Assembly (NCBI RefSeq): GCF_001194135.2
Contig: NC_068981.1
Coordinates: 39,682,126-39,746,125 of the forward strand
Reading direction: 5' to 3'
DNA: 64,000 nt
Source of the DNA: Octopus bimaculoides
Taxonomy: Eukaryota
Part shown: positions 51,234-64,000 of the stretch, piece by piece
How positions within the stretch are numbered: position 1 is the first letter of the stretch
Layout: the number at the start of each line of letters is the position of its first letter
The notes under the pieces: model-generated
Databases searched by the model: none
Seen by the model: only the letters and a program-made list of their open reading frames with translations
What the model was told of the DNA's origin: nothing
Position numbers and translations under genes: made by a program

Positions 51234-53452
51234 GTAGTTTTTGCTACATAAACAAGTTCTATTATACTAATAAATCTACCTGTGTGTATTTTATTTATTA
51301 ATAGCCTGCTTGTATTCGATTTTTTTTTTAAATAAAATGTTTTGAAGACTTCATCACCATTATTAATGTATTAATATTATTTTCCTACATACAGTTCAGT
51401 TTTATTGAAGCTGATATTATTTAGCGTTTTCGTTTTCTGTGGAAGTTAAAAGTTCCTTATTAAATCTGATGCGACTATGTTTTAAAAATAGACTCTCTTT
51501 ACTCTTCAACTATTTTACTATTCAAAGATATATTTCTAATCTATTCCTCTTTGAAACAAGAAAAGTTTCAATGCGGCATCGATTTGTTGAAAGGCTATTT
51601 GTTTTAACAATGCCTTGGAAAATTTTCCATCAGCAATAGAAAATCTCGAACTGTACTCCTGTGTTTGTATTAGTTTATGACTTAGAAATGCAAATGGCCT
51701 CTGATTGTGGTATACACGAACACCTGATCAATTGCTATGGATATATTACCCTTAAGGGATATAGCCTTCTGGCTGTCTTTAATAAAATTCATTATTGATC
51801 GTGTTTAATGTCCTCCCTCTTTAAACACTATCAATAATTCGCCAAAAGAATCTGCCGTCACCAAGGAAATCTTACTAAATCAATAGAGATTCTGTTAACA
51901 GTTACATTTCTACGATATAGATTTAAATTAGCAGCTTCTACTGATAATATTTTGCTCTAGAAATATATTTGAACTAATGTTTATTTCATTGCTGTGACTT
52001 TTATTGGAAGTATTCTTCATGACTTTTGCTTTCACGCAAATCTGCATACGTATATGAAATTGTTGTAGTCACCTTTACCGTATCCAGTTTATATTTGGTG
52101 CACGTTTTGTACCATATTAAAGAGTGTCTTTAAAATCAAAATTAAAGCCGTAAATGGGCTATTATATTGATGTTGATTTCCGAGGGCTAATCACAAAACT
52201 TGTTTTTTATGTACAGAAGCGCATTGAATTCTATTGCCGTATACTTATGGTGTTTATTGTCAACCCGTGGAAGGTAAATTATGTTCCAGCGATATTTGAA
52301 CTTTGAATGTCGAAGATCGAAACTACAAACTTAAGGACATAAATTTCATTACAATAATTTGCACATTCAAGGAACAAGAAATATGAATTACGACATATAT
52401 TACTTTACGATGTAAGTAAAAGAAAAATATTAATACCGAGAAACGAAACTTAACTGGTGGTATCAAATCATTGTGCGCTTCTATATAATTTCAGTTTTTA
52501 TGCAGAGGTATTAACACATCAACAAGCACTTTAAACTTTCATATAGTAACATATAGTTTAATATCAAAGTCTTACTAATATTTATTACACATATAAAAGA
52601 AAGCAAACGTTTTGTCACATTCTCAATAAGCTCAGTAAACCGTTTCGTATTTTCTCCCAATAAAAGTTAACGGAATTTATCTTATGTTAAAATAATGTTA
52701 TCTGAAGCTTCTCTGCAACTAAGCATCATACCTGAAATCCATCATAACGTTTATTCGTTATTATCTACTTTTGGTTTGATTTTGTTAAATTTCAGCTTCT
52801 GTTTTGAAATTTTATATTTGAAGAAAACAACAACTCCAGTACTGCACTTACAATTTTGGAAGATTTTTTCATAAATCATATATTAACTTGATTCGAATGT
52901 ACAAAAGCAATTTCGTACACTAGAAAGGAGCATAGCCTATTGAATTTATCTCTTTATTTCAAAAGTTATTTCATTAACCACAGAAGTCTGAAATACGATC
53001 ACGACTTCAGCGTGATTTGATATCGAAACTAAATGGATGGAGATAATTTTTTTAACACTTTTAATCTAATGCAGTCCTCATTCATGATCTCAAAAAATTA
53101 AATAACATTAAATAACGTCAAATAAGAATTTCTTACTATAGAAAAAGACATGTTTCTTAGGACAAGCTCGATATTTATGCTATCGATGTTGGGTGGATAA
53201 AAGGTAAATTCAGACGCTGCATGTTTCCTCACAGGTTGTACTTTTTTTTGCTGAGAATCTACAATTGCCAAAGACGTTTACAATGGTGCACTGCCATTCA
53301 TTTGTAGACGAGTATAGATGATTAAATGAACCCCACGTGATGCTGGGAGCCAAAGAGCTAAATCGCTCTTTTAATTTCAAAACTTAATGCCATAAAATTA
53401 TATATGCATGTACATCTGTGTATACAAAATGCATGTGTGTGTATATTTATGT

Positions 53453-53539
<87 letters not shown>

Positions 53540-53919
53540 GTGCATATATTTTTCAAATGTATCGACACTGAATGAGTTCATAGAAATGAACTCCTCGAAA
53601 GTTTCAGTGAATTTCCGCCTCTGCAATTATCTTCCACAATAATGCCAAAACGTGAATATAAAAGCAAATTTTCGAACTAGATTTGACGCATATGACAACG
53701 CATGAAATGATTAAATCACACTATGAAGTATCAAGTAACGAATAGTTGCCTCACAATGAATTTATAAGACATTTGGAGAAGAAACAAATATTTTGCAGGG
53801 ATAGGGTTCCTATCTGAAGAAAGTAACGAATAATATGATAACGACTGATTTGTTTAAACAACAGTGCCATGTTTTCTGTGAAAAAGGTACATAAAAATTG
53901 CATATTCATTTTATTATGT

Positions 53920-55000
53920 TTTCAGGCGAGTTGTTAAATCAAAGAAGCCACATATAATTGATATGAACATTGTAAAACATGTAGCTGTTACGATGGTCCA
54001 TTTTACATTTTGAGTTGATGTTACTAAGTGGCACTGTACTCTAATTCGAGTTATTATTCTTGTTGCTGCCTTGTTGATATACCTAGGATTACGGAACAAT
54101 TACTTCTGTACCAAAACAAGTAGAGTACTTAGAATGCTACGAAATGAGACAACTCAGATGAGTACAAATTTGAGATATTTTGGCGAAAAACGCAACGGGC
54201 AGTGATAGTTTTAAAATAATAAATCCCCTTTTCTTTTCACAAAGAGAGGTTAAAGCTGGAATGAGTATTTCGACGTATTCACCCACCATCTATAACCAAC
54301 ACTTCTGGTGAGCTATTTTTTTTTTTAATTTTTACTTTTGTTGAAGAGTAAGAGTGACTAATTCCCATTTTGATGTTTTCCACGTTTTTATTAAGAGAAC
54401 TTATTTCAAATAGAACTACTATATAAATTGGGTTTAATATGAAGGTACAAGAGATAGTCCAAGAATTTTGTGGAAATATTGAAACCTTACTAATATTTAT
54501 GTTTCCATATCTAATATCAGAAACAGCGATTTTTCTTCTTGAATCGGATCTGAATATCGACATTTACTATATTTCTCATAGATCAGATGGTTATCTCAGA
54601 AAAAAACTTCCTGCAACAAGTTATGTCACTTCGAAGTGAAGTGAAAAAAATTATCTGAAAAAAAATTCGTGCTTTAGCTTCAAGATTTTCCGATTCTAAA
54701 AGGATGCTTCAGTAAGCTTATCTTTCCGATATTTTTTCTGAATTAAATTTTCTCTAAATAGCCGTGATCAAACAATTCTTGGTTTAATGGAGAAAATAAA
54801 TGCGTTTAAAGTAAAGCTTAAATCGTGAAGAAAGAGAAGAATTCAAGGAAAATTGCATCTTTTTCAGTGTTCAATCTACCGAAAGAAGATTATGGTAACA
54901 ATTTTAATGACGTACAGAATATTATCTTTAACCACCTTGCAAAATTGATAGCAGAATTCATTTACTATATTCCAAAAGAAAAACTGAATAATATCATTGT
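53920..55000 (+). pseudogene. hAT transposase fossil (Buster/Charlie-like)
   Basis: In order: RVVKSKKPHII (cf. IAKSKKPHTIGE), LAKNATGSDSFKII, IGSEYRHLLYFS*IRWLS (cf. LLYHTEVRWLSRG), LQQVMSLRSEVK, AYLSDIFSELN, SRDQTILGLMEKINAFKVKLK. Many stops and frameshifts. Confidence 0.88.
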
Positions 55001-55024
55001 TTGGGAATTCTGTTTAATATTAAC

Positions 55025-55190
55025 ATTAGGCACAGACGTGGCTGTAATTTTGAAAAGCTTGCTTTCCAATCACGTAATTTCAAGTTCAATCCCACTGAAA
55101 AATAACTTGAGTGCCTTCTCCTAAAACTCCGAGCAGACTAAAGCCTTATCAGTGAATTTGGTAGAAGGAAACTGAAAGTAGGTTGTTTCA
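55025..55190 (+). mobile_element. SINE family A 5' fragment
   Basis: taggcacagacgtggctgt...aagcttgctttccaatcacgt...ttcaatcccactg...aaagcctt...ggaaactgaaag. Confidence 0.75.
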
Positions 55191-55249
55191 TACACGCACA
55201 CACGTGTGTGTGTGTGGGAGGGAGTTGTAAATATATGATGAAAAATTAC

Positions 55250-55720
55250 AGCATCGACAACAGTGAGTGTTCAACAAGGATGTATTCTTTCTTGAATGTT
55301 GTTCAATATCTTTCAGAACATCATATAGGAAATACTCCGACCTCCCCCACTGTTTCCACTGGAGGATGGCTCGTTCCCATCATTCACTTTCCTGGTGGTT
55401 CAAATCCGTTAGAAAGCAGTGAAGCAGAACTGTAGGGGTTCAGCATGCATAATAGAGAACAGTCCAAAAAGAGCAAGATCCTGTTTAATAGTTACTACCA
55501 GAACACAACAACCAGCATCAGGCTGCAGAAAAGGAAAAGGGACTTGATAAAGTGGACACCTTCAAGTATATTCTGTGTACACAGAGCACAGAAGGAACGG
55601 CTGTGCCAGACATCAATCCGCAAATACACTGGCAGACAGCAAGAACTACTCCTTGAGCGGATAAAAATACTAAAGCTTCCCTAGTATGGTCATGTATCCC
55701 GCATACCTCTCTGTATAGGT
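55250..55720 (+). pseudogene. RTE-clade LINE reverse transcriptase fragments (internally deleted)
   Basis: TVSVQQGCILS*MLFNIF, TVSTGG, SEAEL, KKSKILFNS, DKVDTFKY, IKILKLP*YGHVSR in the expected RTE order. Confidence 0.8.
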
Positions 55721-55949
55721 TCAACCTTCTAAAACACACACGCACACACACACATGCGCACACACACGCACACACACGCACGCACACGCACAAATACGCA
55801 CATACATATATACAGACACATTTATGATGCACTAATGTATGTATATGCATGTGTGTGTGTGTAAGTGTGCGTGCGTGTGTGTACCTGCATAGAAGCGATA
55901 TCGTTCGTTTCTACACTTTTGTGTAAAGCAGGTATGCCCAGAGGAAAAT

Positions 55950-56075
55950 ATTTCCTTGCTTGGAAACTGATACAGTTGGCGACGGGAAGACACCTGGCAG
56001 TAAAAAGCTGCTTCCGTGAATTCCGTCAGACTCATGCAAACAGGGAAGAGTTAATGTTAAAACGTTGATGATGAG
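55950..56075 (+). mobile_element. LINE/SINE 3' tail fragment ending in (GAT)n
   Basis: gttggcgacgggaagacacctggcagtaaaa...actcatgcaa...gttaaaacgttgatgatg resembles an RTE-type 3' end (recognition from memory). Confidence 0.5.
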
Positions 56076-56901
56076 TAACAATTTTCGTGCGAACTTTGTC
56101 AACATGGATAGTAATAGATTTTTTACGTTCAAAAAGTTACGAGATGTATTGATTTCAATGGAAATATCGAATCTATCAGTGGATTTTTAGTAAATGTTAG
56201 GAGGCAACATACTGTTTCTCTTTTCTATAACATGTGTGAGTAAATAGAGAGTTAGAGCTGAACAAAAACAAATACCAAGTGAAAATAACGATCTCAATCA
56301 AAAGGTGATTTAAGATGACGGATATCGAAGAAGAAACCAGGACTGAACGAATTTTTTAGGCATGGCCAAAGTCAAGATTCTCATTGAATTACATAATTGT
56401 GTATATAGTTTCATATAAGTAAAGTGTTTAGGAACATTGCCGTAAATTGTGAGAATGGTTAATGTTACAGGACTTGAATAGAGAGTTAGGTTTACTGAGA
56501 TATGAACCCGGTTACTTTCCAATTGATATTCTCGAATCGTGGTATAAAATAATCTTTATATAATATTCTAAAAATTCATAGCCTCTTTTCTCAATAGTGA
56601 AGGTAATTTAATGCAAGAACTGAATCTATTAAATGGTGCGTAATAGGCCATGCTACACTAATGTATACAAGACTCGCATCATATTCATGAGGCTTATCAA
56701 TATCTATTTTCATAAAATAAATATTATCGAAAAATAAATTTAGTAAATAGCCATAATTGTAAAATTAATTGGCTATTTTCAGTTGCGGATTCAGGTTTCA
56801 TGCAATAAATTTCATTCTCTATATATACTAGGTTGACGAAGAAAATCGGACGAAATCATCCGACTCGTTATTTATATATCTTTTGTATCTGTTTAGCTAA
56901 A

Positions 56902-56960
<59 letters not shown>

Positions 56961-57134
56961 TCGCTAAATATATCCACACGCATAATACACAGAGAAACTA
57001 GAGTGTGTATACATACAAACACACACATGCACATACACAGAGTCACGCGCACACACACACATACGAATGTGTGTGTATCTATGTTTGATGTTTATTGTAT
57101 TATACATATTTAATTTTTTTTTAACGGAAAGGTT

Positions 57135-57180
57135 GAGATTTACTTCGAATTTTGGGTTATATAGCCTTCATCAGATTTCC
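57135..57180 (-). ncRNA. Highly degenerate hammerhead-like motif
   Basis: Minus: ggaaau CUGAUGA a GGCU auaua ACCC AAAA UUCGAA guaaaucuc. Two substitutions would restore AGCC-GAAA; palindromic UUCGAA at the stem III position. Confidence 0.35.
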
Positions 57181-57334
57181 AAAACTAAATATATTATTCA
57201 AATGAAAATTAAGCCATCCACGCACATATATATATATAAACATACATATGCATAGATATCGCATGTTATAACGATTAGCATAGCCACAATCCTCACCGCC
57301 ACCACCGTCAACATCATTATCATGAATAATATAA

Positions 57335-57354
57335 ATAATTATTATTATTATCAT

Positions 57355-57423
<69 letters not shown>

Positions 57424-57476
57424 CAACAACAACAACAACAACAATAATAATAATAATAACAATAACAATAATAATA
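57335..57476. repeat. (TAA)n/(CAA)n microsatellite
   Basis: Direct reading. Confidence 0.97.
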
Positions 57477-57489
57477 GCCGTTGTTGTTT

Positions 57490-58140
57490 TTGTTACTATT
57501 ACTATTTCATTGCGCTGCTCAGCGCACCTCCATGTGCCTTGGGCTTTTGCAATCATATATTTTGGCTTTGCTGTTTCTATCGTATTGGAATTCCTTTATA
57601 TAACGTGTGCGGTGTAATGTATATGTTATTGTAATGCTATGTTCAGTTCTTTTCTGCATATTTGTAAGTCCTGGAGTTTGTTAGTATTTACATTTATGCT
57701 TTTTTTTTTTTTATCAGCCATTGGATACCTTCTATTATAAGAATTGTTTCTCTTTTCAGACCCGACATTTGGATTTTCTATTTTCATATCTTTATATTTA
57801 GATAATTTCCCCATTTCTGTGAGGGATATATTATCGTCTGCTTTGAGCAGATTACACTACTTTTTTCCGGTGGTCTTTGATAATATTTTTTCGATTAGCT
57901 TTGATCTCACTGTCATTAATATGTTTATTCCAAAGTTTAACATCTTCGTCTTTCTAAGATCTTACTTAATGTAGGCCTATACGACCTGCTTTCTGTTATT
58001 AATTCATAATGCTGGCATAATTTCTTGCCTCAAATTTGTCATTCATACTTGTAGATATTTTTTTACTAAGTCTGAACAGCTAAAGACAATGTTGTTAATT
58101 GTTCCTTCTTTCATAGCCCTATATTCTGTGGCCACATTAT
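57490..58140 (-). pseudogene. R4/Dong-clade element 3' end (second family)
   Basis: Minus translation with frameshifts: TINNIVFSCSDLVKK, KLCQHYELITE, KLWNKHINDSEIKANR, ADDNISLTEMGKLSKYKDMKIE, YTAHVI, then a short 3' UTR abutting (TAA)n. Confidence 0.85.
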
Positions 58141-59426
58141 TTTCCTTCATTGAATTTAATTTTCGTGGCTATTAAATGAGAATATGTTCATATTATGTTA
58201 TAGTCAAGAGACCTTCTCTCTCAGCCAGTGTTGTAATTTTTCAGTATCTATAAAAACCTATTAAAACTAGTCAGAGTAAGATTATATCATTTACTTGAAA
58301 ATAATGAAAAACTAATACAGATAGTTATAAAATACAAACAAAACAAAAATGAATTGCTTTCTGTCTTCCAGAAAATAAACTGCTTTTTGTCTTCCAGAAT
58401 GCCAATAAAAAACTGGCCGAAGTGACAGTTATTTATGTGAAATGTAGGATTGGCAACAGAAATGTAGAAAAGGTTAAACCTCGGCTAAAACTGAGAATAT
58501 AGGATGCTATCATTAAACGGTATTAAAGAAAGACTTATAGTTGTATATGGATATTAAAGGTGGAATTATAGTTGCAAAATCTGGTCCTGAATTTTTTTAA
58601 AGTTAGGAAATTTGCTAGCATTTATGGAGACTAGCAATAAATTTAGTTCCGGATTAGTTAGCTTCCAAATTTCACGTGAATTATCGTCGTTTCCTTTTCG
58701 GGGTAAAATGTAAAGTAGTTATGTAGAATGGAAGCATAGTCCTATCGTGCCCATTTATACTTTTTCCCTTTTCACTGCAAGATGTACAGATCAACAACCG
58801 ATTCTTTGTTTAGACTGATGTCATTTTAATCTGGCATCGGTTTATTTGATTAAATTTACCACACCCCATTTTTCACACCTTTTATGCTCCAAAACTAAAG
58901 TATGTCCCCCATTTTTGTTCACTTCAGGATGAATTATACTGTTTTTGTTAGCATGCTTTATTCATATTCTTATGTAGTCGCGGTGGGGAGAGGAATCGTA
59001 CGAAGTTGATAAGAACCGTGCTCCGACAAGTTGTTTACACAAGATATGAGATTACAAAATATTATGAAGAACTGTAATACATGAATTAATATGTGGTAAT
59101 GATCAATACATTTTCCTAGTATTACTTAACGCAGTTATCCATCAATATTTTCGTCAATTTTTTACAAATTTGGTTTGTTTATTATAATTGTTATTAATGG
59201 CTATCCGCAGAGAAGTCATGTATCATTCGCGCACCGCAAACTTTGGAGAAAATCGATAGTATACATCCGACTATGGTAATATCATTTTTATTTGCAATGC
59301 TCTTAGGCTGACAGGCAGTCGAAAAAGTGACTCGATTTTTTTCTTGTTTTGTTCAAATATTGGCTTCTGAAATGTTTGCTTCGAAAATTGTGATTTAAAA
59401 TTGTTAAAAATTAATACAGTGCCTAC

Positions 59427-59614
59427 TTTGCTAGCAGTGGAAGGCACAGAGGTGGTAAGAGAATTGAAAAGCTCCAGAAACAGCAAAATAAAACTCATCA
59501 CTTTTACTGTCATCACTAACATAACGTTCTTGACGCTATGAATAGCGACATCATTACCAACTTCACCAAAGTCGCAACGAAACCACAAGGGAGAACTACT
59601 TGACATTTCAATAC
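59427..59614 (-). CDS. Candidate first coding exon with signal-peptide-like sequence
   Basis: Strong acceptor ttgcttttttttagcttcttataacag; open frame MSSSSPLW...MTVKVMSFILLFLELFNSLTTSVPSTASK; donor AAA|gtaggc is moderate. An alternative earlier donor TTG|gtaatg and read-through to the stop at 59271 are both possible. Confidence 0.4.
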
Positions 59615-61549
59615 CTGTTATAAGAAGCTAAAAAAAAGCAACAAAAATAAACAATAACAATGACGTCTGTTACTAAAATAGCAGAAGATTTTGCCAGACT
59701 TATTATGAGTGACCAAATCCAGTTGAGTGAGTTTGTCGAAGTAACTGTCCATTATATAGGAAACAGAAAAATCGTTATCTGCCTGACATCGATATCCTCA
59801 CATGTAGATATAACTGTGACGCTAACATTTCGTCGTCGTCCAATGTAATGAAGTATAAACCAAAACCGCTTGAAGATTATCATGCGCATCTGCAAACGCT
59901 CGAATGAAAATACCTAAAGCTAGAAACTGGATATGTTTGATGTATTAATCCAACTTCATCAAGAGTCGAAACACTGCAGATGACAGAGCCTGCAAGATTT
60001 TCCCCTTCCCCAATGCAAGTCGAATTTCTTAGTCACTTTTTAAAAGAACACCTGCTAAATTTGCAGAACACCCTTTCTTTGAATCATGCTGGTTCTGTAA
60101 GCTGTAGTCTTGAAGAGACATACTCCACATTTGCCACTTTTATCATTCAACTCTATATTGCACAGAATACGTTCATCCCCTCTTTCCCTCTATAGGTTTA
60201 TATCTTGAAATTTCGGGACATCTTAAGACATGATCCAGTTTTAGCATGGGCAACATCTCTAACCTGCCAGCTATCATCCTGTAATTTGAGGAAAACGTTT
60301 TCGTTATACATCAATAACAAAGCAGTTGGCTGCATTTACTACGAAAACAGCCTGATAAAGAATTCCATTCGACTCAAATCATATGCAAAGGGCTGTGTTC
60401 GTAACAGATACCTCTGAACAATCATCTATCAACTTGCGTGTACTCCAGGGTTCCGTTTTCCACCAGAAAACCAACATCCTATGCAGCAACGACCTAGTTT
60501 CTGTAACTTCCAGCAAGACCTACATATAGGTCTCAATAATATGCAAAACAAAAACAAAAAAAAACAAAAAAAAAAACAAAGAGGAAGTTACATGCGAAGC
60601 TTTAATAGATATACATTTAGCCTAACTGTTCAATCTGATCCCTTAGTTTAACTATTGGATTCTCTTTGCTGAACGAACTGAATAACGGTTCACTTATTTT
60701 TACTCAGTCATTACTGACATATAAGCAATACATTTTTCATATTTGTCTGAATGTACATTTGTTGGCAACCCGTATTACGTGTAGGTGAAACTTCGAAGTC
60801 ACTTTTACAACTTTCGTTATGAAAATAAACATCTATATACTACTATATATATTCAGTTATTCTTCAGGTACTTGACTGTCTTTTTGCATAAATCTACATA
60901 AAACACACACAATATACATGCATGCGCATATACGCATGCGACTATTTGTGTGTGTGTGTGTGTATGTGTGTGCGCGCGCGCGTGTGTATGTGTGTTTGTG
61001 TGTTACAGAAGGACAATATATTTTTGTGAGGTAGGAATGAATAAGATAGAGAAAGAATATGAACGGATGAGATAAATAGCTTGATAGGTAAATAGCTAGC
61101 TAGTTGATAAAGTGGTAAACACGCTGTATAACGACATTTGAAATGATAACATGACACGTGTTTGTAGGCGTTGTCTGCTGAATAAGATAAAATGAAAAGA
61201 CACTGTTTTTGTTAATTACCAAAAGAATGAATAAAACATGAAAGGAGAGGAGAGATGGGAAATGGGAATTACATGTCGAAATTCCTGAGCTGATTTATTG
61301 TTGATTTATTGATAATTTTAATTTTCTACTCTATCAACCTATCTATCACTCTTCTGAATACCACACGAGATTTTAATCAGTCCAGTTTGCAATGGTCCAC
61401 AAATTTCATGTTCCTATCAGCATACACTTTCCCAGTTCAGCTTTCAATATGAATACTTTATTCCTAATGAGACGGTTGCGTAGTCGTATTGACCGTTGAA
61501 AATTGCATTAGAAATACGCGCGATGAGTCGGAAATTGTACCCAGGGAAT

Positions 61550-61586
<37 letters not shown>

Positions 61587-62072
61587 ACGTGCATGTGTAT
61601 CTATGTGTGGTGCGTATTGTTTGCATGTATTTGTGCAACAAAATGACACAGTCGTGCATAACATGTTGATCTTGTATGTCGTCGTTGCCGCTTGTTTTTT
61701 TTTGTTTTTTGTTTTTTTTTGTCTTCTTCTTTAGTCCTGTCTCGGATAAGCATAACGACTTGCCTATCAGCAAATCTTTGCAGCGCCACTGTTTCGAGGT
61801 GAAAGAAAGTGAATTTCAACAATATGTTATCTCTAGCTGAACGTTGTGAGCCAGTATCAGCATGGTAAGAACATCCACTTACGGATAACTATACCTTGAA
61901 GAAAGCCTATCTATTTGTGTGTGTTTGTGGGCGTGTGTGTGTGTGTGTGTGCGTGCGTGCGTGCGTGTGTGTGTGTATGTGTGTGCATGTGCGTATGTGC
62001 ATACATATACACATACACAGACACACTAACACAGACATAAATCTATCGAAAGATTTGTTGATATATATTCGC

Positions 62073-62073
62073 A

Positions 62074-62134
<61 letters not shown>
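62073..62134. repeat. (ATT)n microsatellite
   Basis: Direct reading. Confidence 0.98.
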
Positions 62135-62135
<1 letters not shown>

Positions 62136-62496
62136 ATCGTGTGACTTGTACAGGAAGTATTGATACATATAGATTCAGAATAGCTTATATCACCTTAGTT
62201 GATATTGCGCTGCTTACTCTATTAAGCGGTTGATGGACAGAGAACATCATTGGAATTCCTTTTCAGTATCCTGTTAACCAACGACAAGGCGGAGTGCCAT
62301 TGATTTCATTGCCACGACCACTGAAATGCATACTACTTGATGAATAAACACATGCATCTCACTGTGCATTTTATGCTAATAGATACAGAGTGACTAAACA
62401 TCCAAAAATCAGGGATAAAATTATATCTTATATACATGCAAAATACACCAGGGATTACGAATATTGATATTGAAATAAATATCAATTATAACTTAC

Positions 62497-62960
62497 CAGG
62501 TATCGACTCACTATAAAGTCAGGTCATATCCGCGACTCATGTATATTTTTCTCATGGGCCCTCACTACGACGAACGTATACACCAATATGTTGAGATTAA
62601 GGTTCCGCCTCCTAGACACGCACGATACTTAAGCGAAGAACGCAGCAGCACGTGTAATCGGAAAATAATAATCTCTCCCTCTTATTCTATGCATTCCGCA
62701 TACCGGCATGACCCAAGTAACTATGAAAGTGGCGATTTTTCAAAGCTACAGATGCGCGTGACATAATTGTCGCTATAACGAAGGGGAGAAAAGCTATGTG
62801 AAAAACCGTTACGATTTTGTTACTAGGAGTGCCGCTCTCGCTAAATGTTTGAAGCGTGAGCCAGCAACAAGGAAAAGAACGAAAGAAAAACGTAAAATGA
62901 TGCGCAGTACAGAAGTTGGTTGGCACAGACTTGACTGTGAAGTTCTAGGACCGATACATA
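62497..62960 (-). promoter_or_regulatory. CpG-rich putative promoter / non-coding first exon
   Basis: Locally GC- and CpG-rich unique sequence ending in the consensus donor CTG|gtaagt (exon end 62497). No ATG in frame with the 59.5-kb exon; short uORFs present. The upstream boundary is unknown. Confidence 0.4.
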
Positions 62961-63149
62961 CATCAAGCCCTACAAAGTGGTACTTCAGCGTGGCTGTTGT
63001 TCAATGAATGGAACAAGTAAAAGAATATAGAGAGACTATTGATTATTGCAGGTTCCAAATAAGGACATCGTCCACCCAGGTACATTTACATAGATATGTA
63101 AATACACATACACAAAGACCCACCACACGCGCACGCATATATGCGTGTG

Positions 63150-63185
63150 TGTATATATATGTATATATATATGTGTATATATGTA

Positions 63186-63250
<65 letters not shown>
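63150..63250. repeat. (TA)n microsatellite
   Basis: Direct reading. Confidence 0.97.
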
Positions 63251-63253
<3 letters not shown>

Positions 63254-64000
63254 AACAAAAAGGGATTAATAAGGGAATAATAACCTGTGCGAAATATATC
63301 GTTAGTTCTCGGTAGATAAAGATGCACCAGGTTAACAAATGTACCCTGTGATCGATGTATTCCGAACTGGATCCAAGTATTCCGAACTGAAACGATGTCA
63401 CCAGTCAAATTTGTAAATCAGCAGTTCAGTTACCAAGTTAAATTGGTACGTTGCTACAGAGTGATATAGAAAATGCACATAGATAATGGACTTCATACAT
63501 TTATTGAAGGCTTACAAACGTCTTGGTCACGAATTAGAGGGATTTAGTTCCACAGTTCAATCACATTAATCGGTCGATCCATTGTCAGACTGGTGAAAAT
63601 ATAGAGTACAATCAATCTCCTTTGTCCTCCTCAGAGTCACAATGAACTGACTATCAAAAGAAAGGAATTTGATCAAGATATTATTATTGTAAAACTAGGC
63701 CATCAATTTTAAGCAAGTATCTGACCAGTACTACACAGGCAAAACAGGCCTTCAGCATAGCCCGGACAGTTAATTGCAGTTCACAACTAAAGTTTGAACT
63801 GCTTGTAGAAGGAAAGTAGTTAAAAGTTATACAAGAAAACAAACTGACAGATTAAAGACTCGCCAGTTATTTAAACAGAAAGAACAAATAACTATTCACT
63901 ATATTTTAAGGTAATCAGCTTTCAGTAAATGATAAAGGTAGTAAAACTAATAACTAAAGATCATAAAGAAATAATAAATTGATATTATGTAATATTATAT

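Noticed and set aside
53925-54215. Apparent exon encoding a type II membrane anchor (IRVIILVAALLIYLGL)
   Set aside because: Internal TGA, and the region is explained as part of the hAT transposase fossil.
59960-60560. GC-richer stretch with plus-strand acceptor and 70-aa ORF (VYILKFRDILRHDPV...)
   Set aside because: No recognisable domain in any of six frames and no partner exons; left unassigned.

Overview
AT-rich eukaryotic genomic DNA, saturated with microsatellites and decayed transposons, with five N-gaps each abutting a microsatellite. The repeat families look like those of octopus (inference from remembered repeat sequences, not a search). There is no intact long ORF, rRNA, bona fide tRNA gene, CRISPR array or prokaryotic feature; most entries in the ORF track are translations of microsatellites or gaps. 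Recognisable fossils: three R4/Dong-clade non-LTR fragments with restriction-like endonuclease motifs, two RTE LINE fragments, a heavily decayed L1/Tx1-like RT, a Gypsy gag fragment, three Tc1/mariner transposase fragments, a hAT (Buster/Charlie-like) transposase fossil, a hAT MITE with a perfect 8-bp TSD, a possible Harbinger remnant, and at least three SINE families. The most notable signal, absent from the ORF track, is a set of type I hammerhead ribozyme motifs. One nearly intact hammerhead sits at the apex of a 153-bp fold-back element (27441-27593). Another is part of a 490-bp palindromic element that joins a tRNA-like Pol III head, an (AAT)n tract and a minimal hammerhead (45368-45858). 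Five more degenerate copies and one half-motif are scattered through the window. A low-confidence minus-strand host gene with very long introns is also suggested: CpG-rich first exon near 62.5 kb, signal-peptide-like exon at 59.5 kb, and frame-compatible micro-exons at 27.1, 13.1 and 7.5 kb. Boundaries of decayed elements are approximate.
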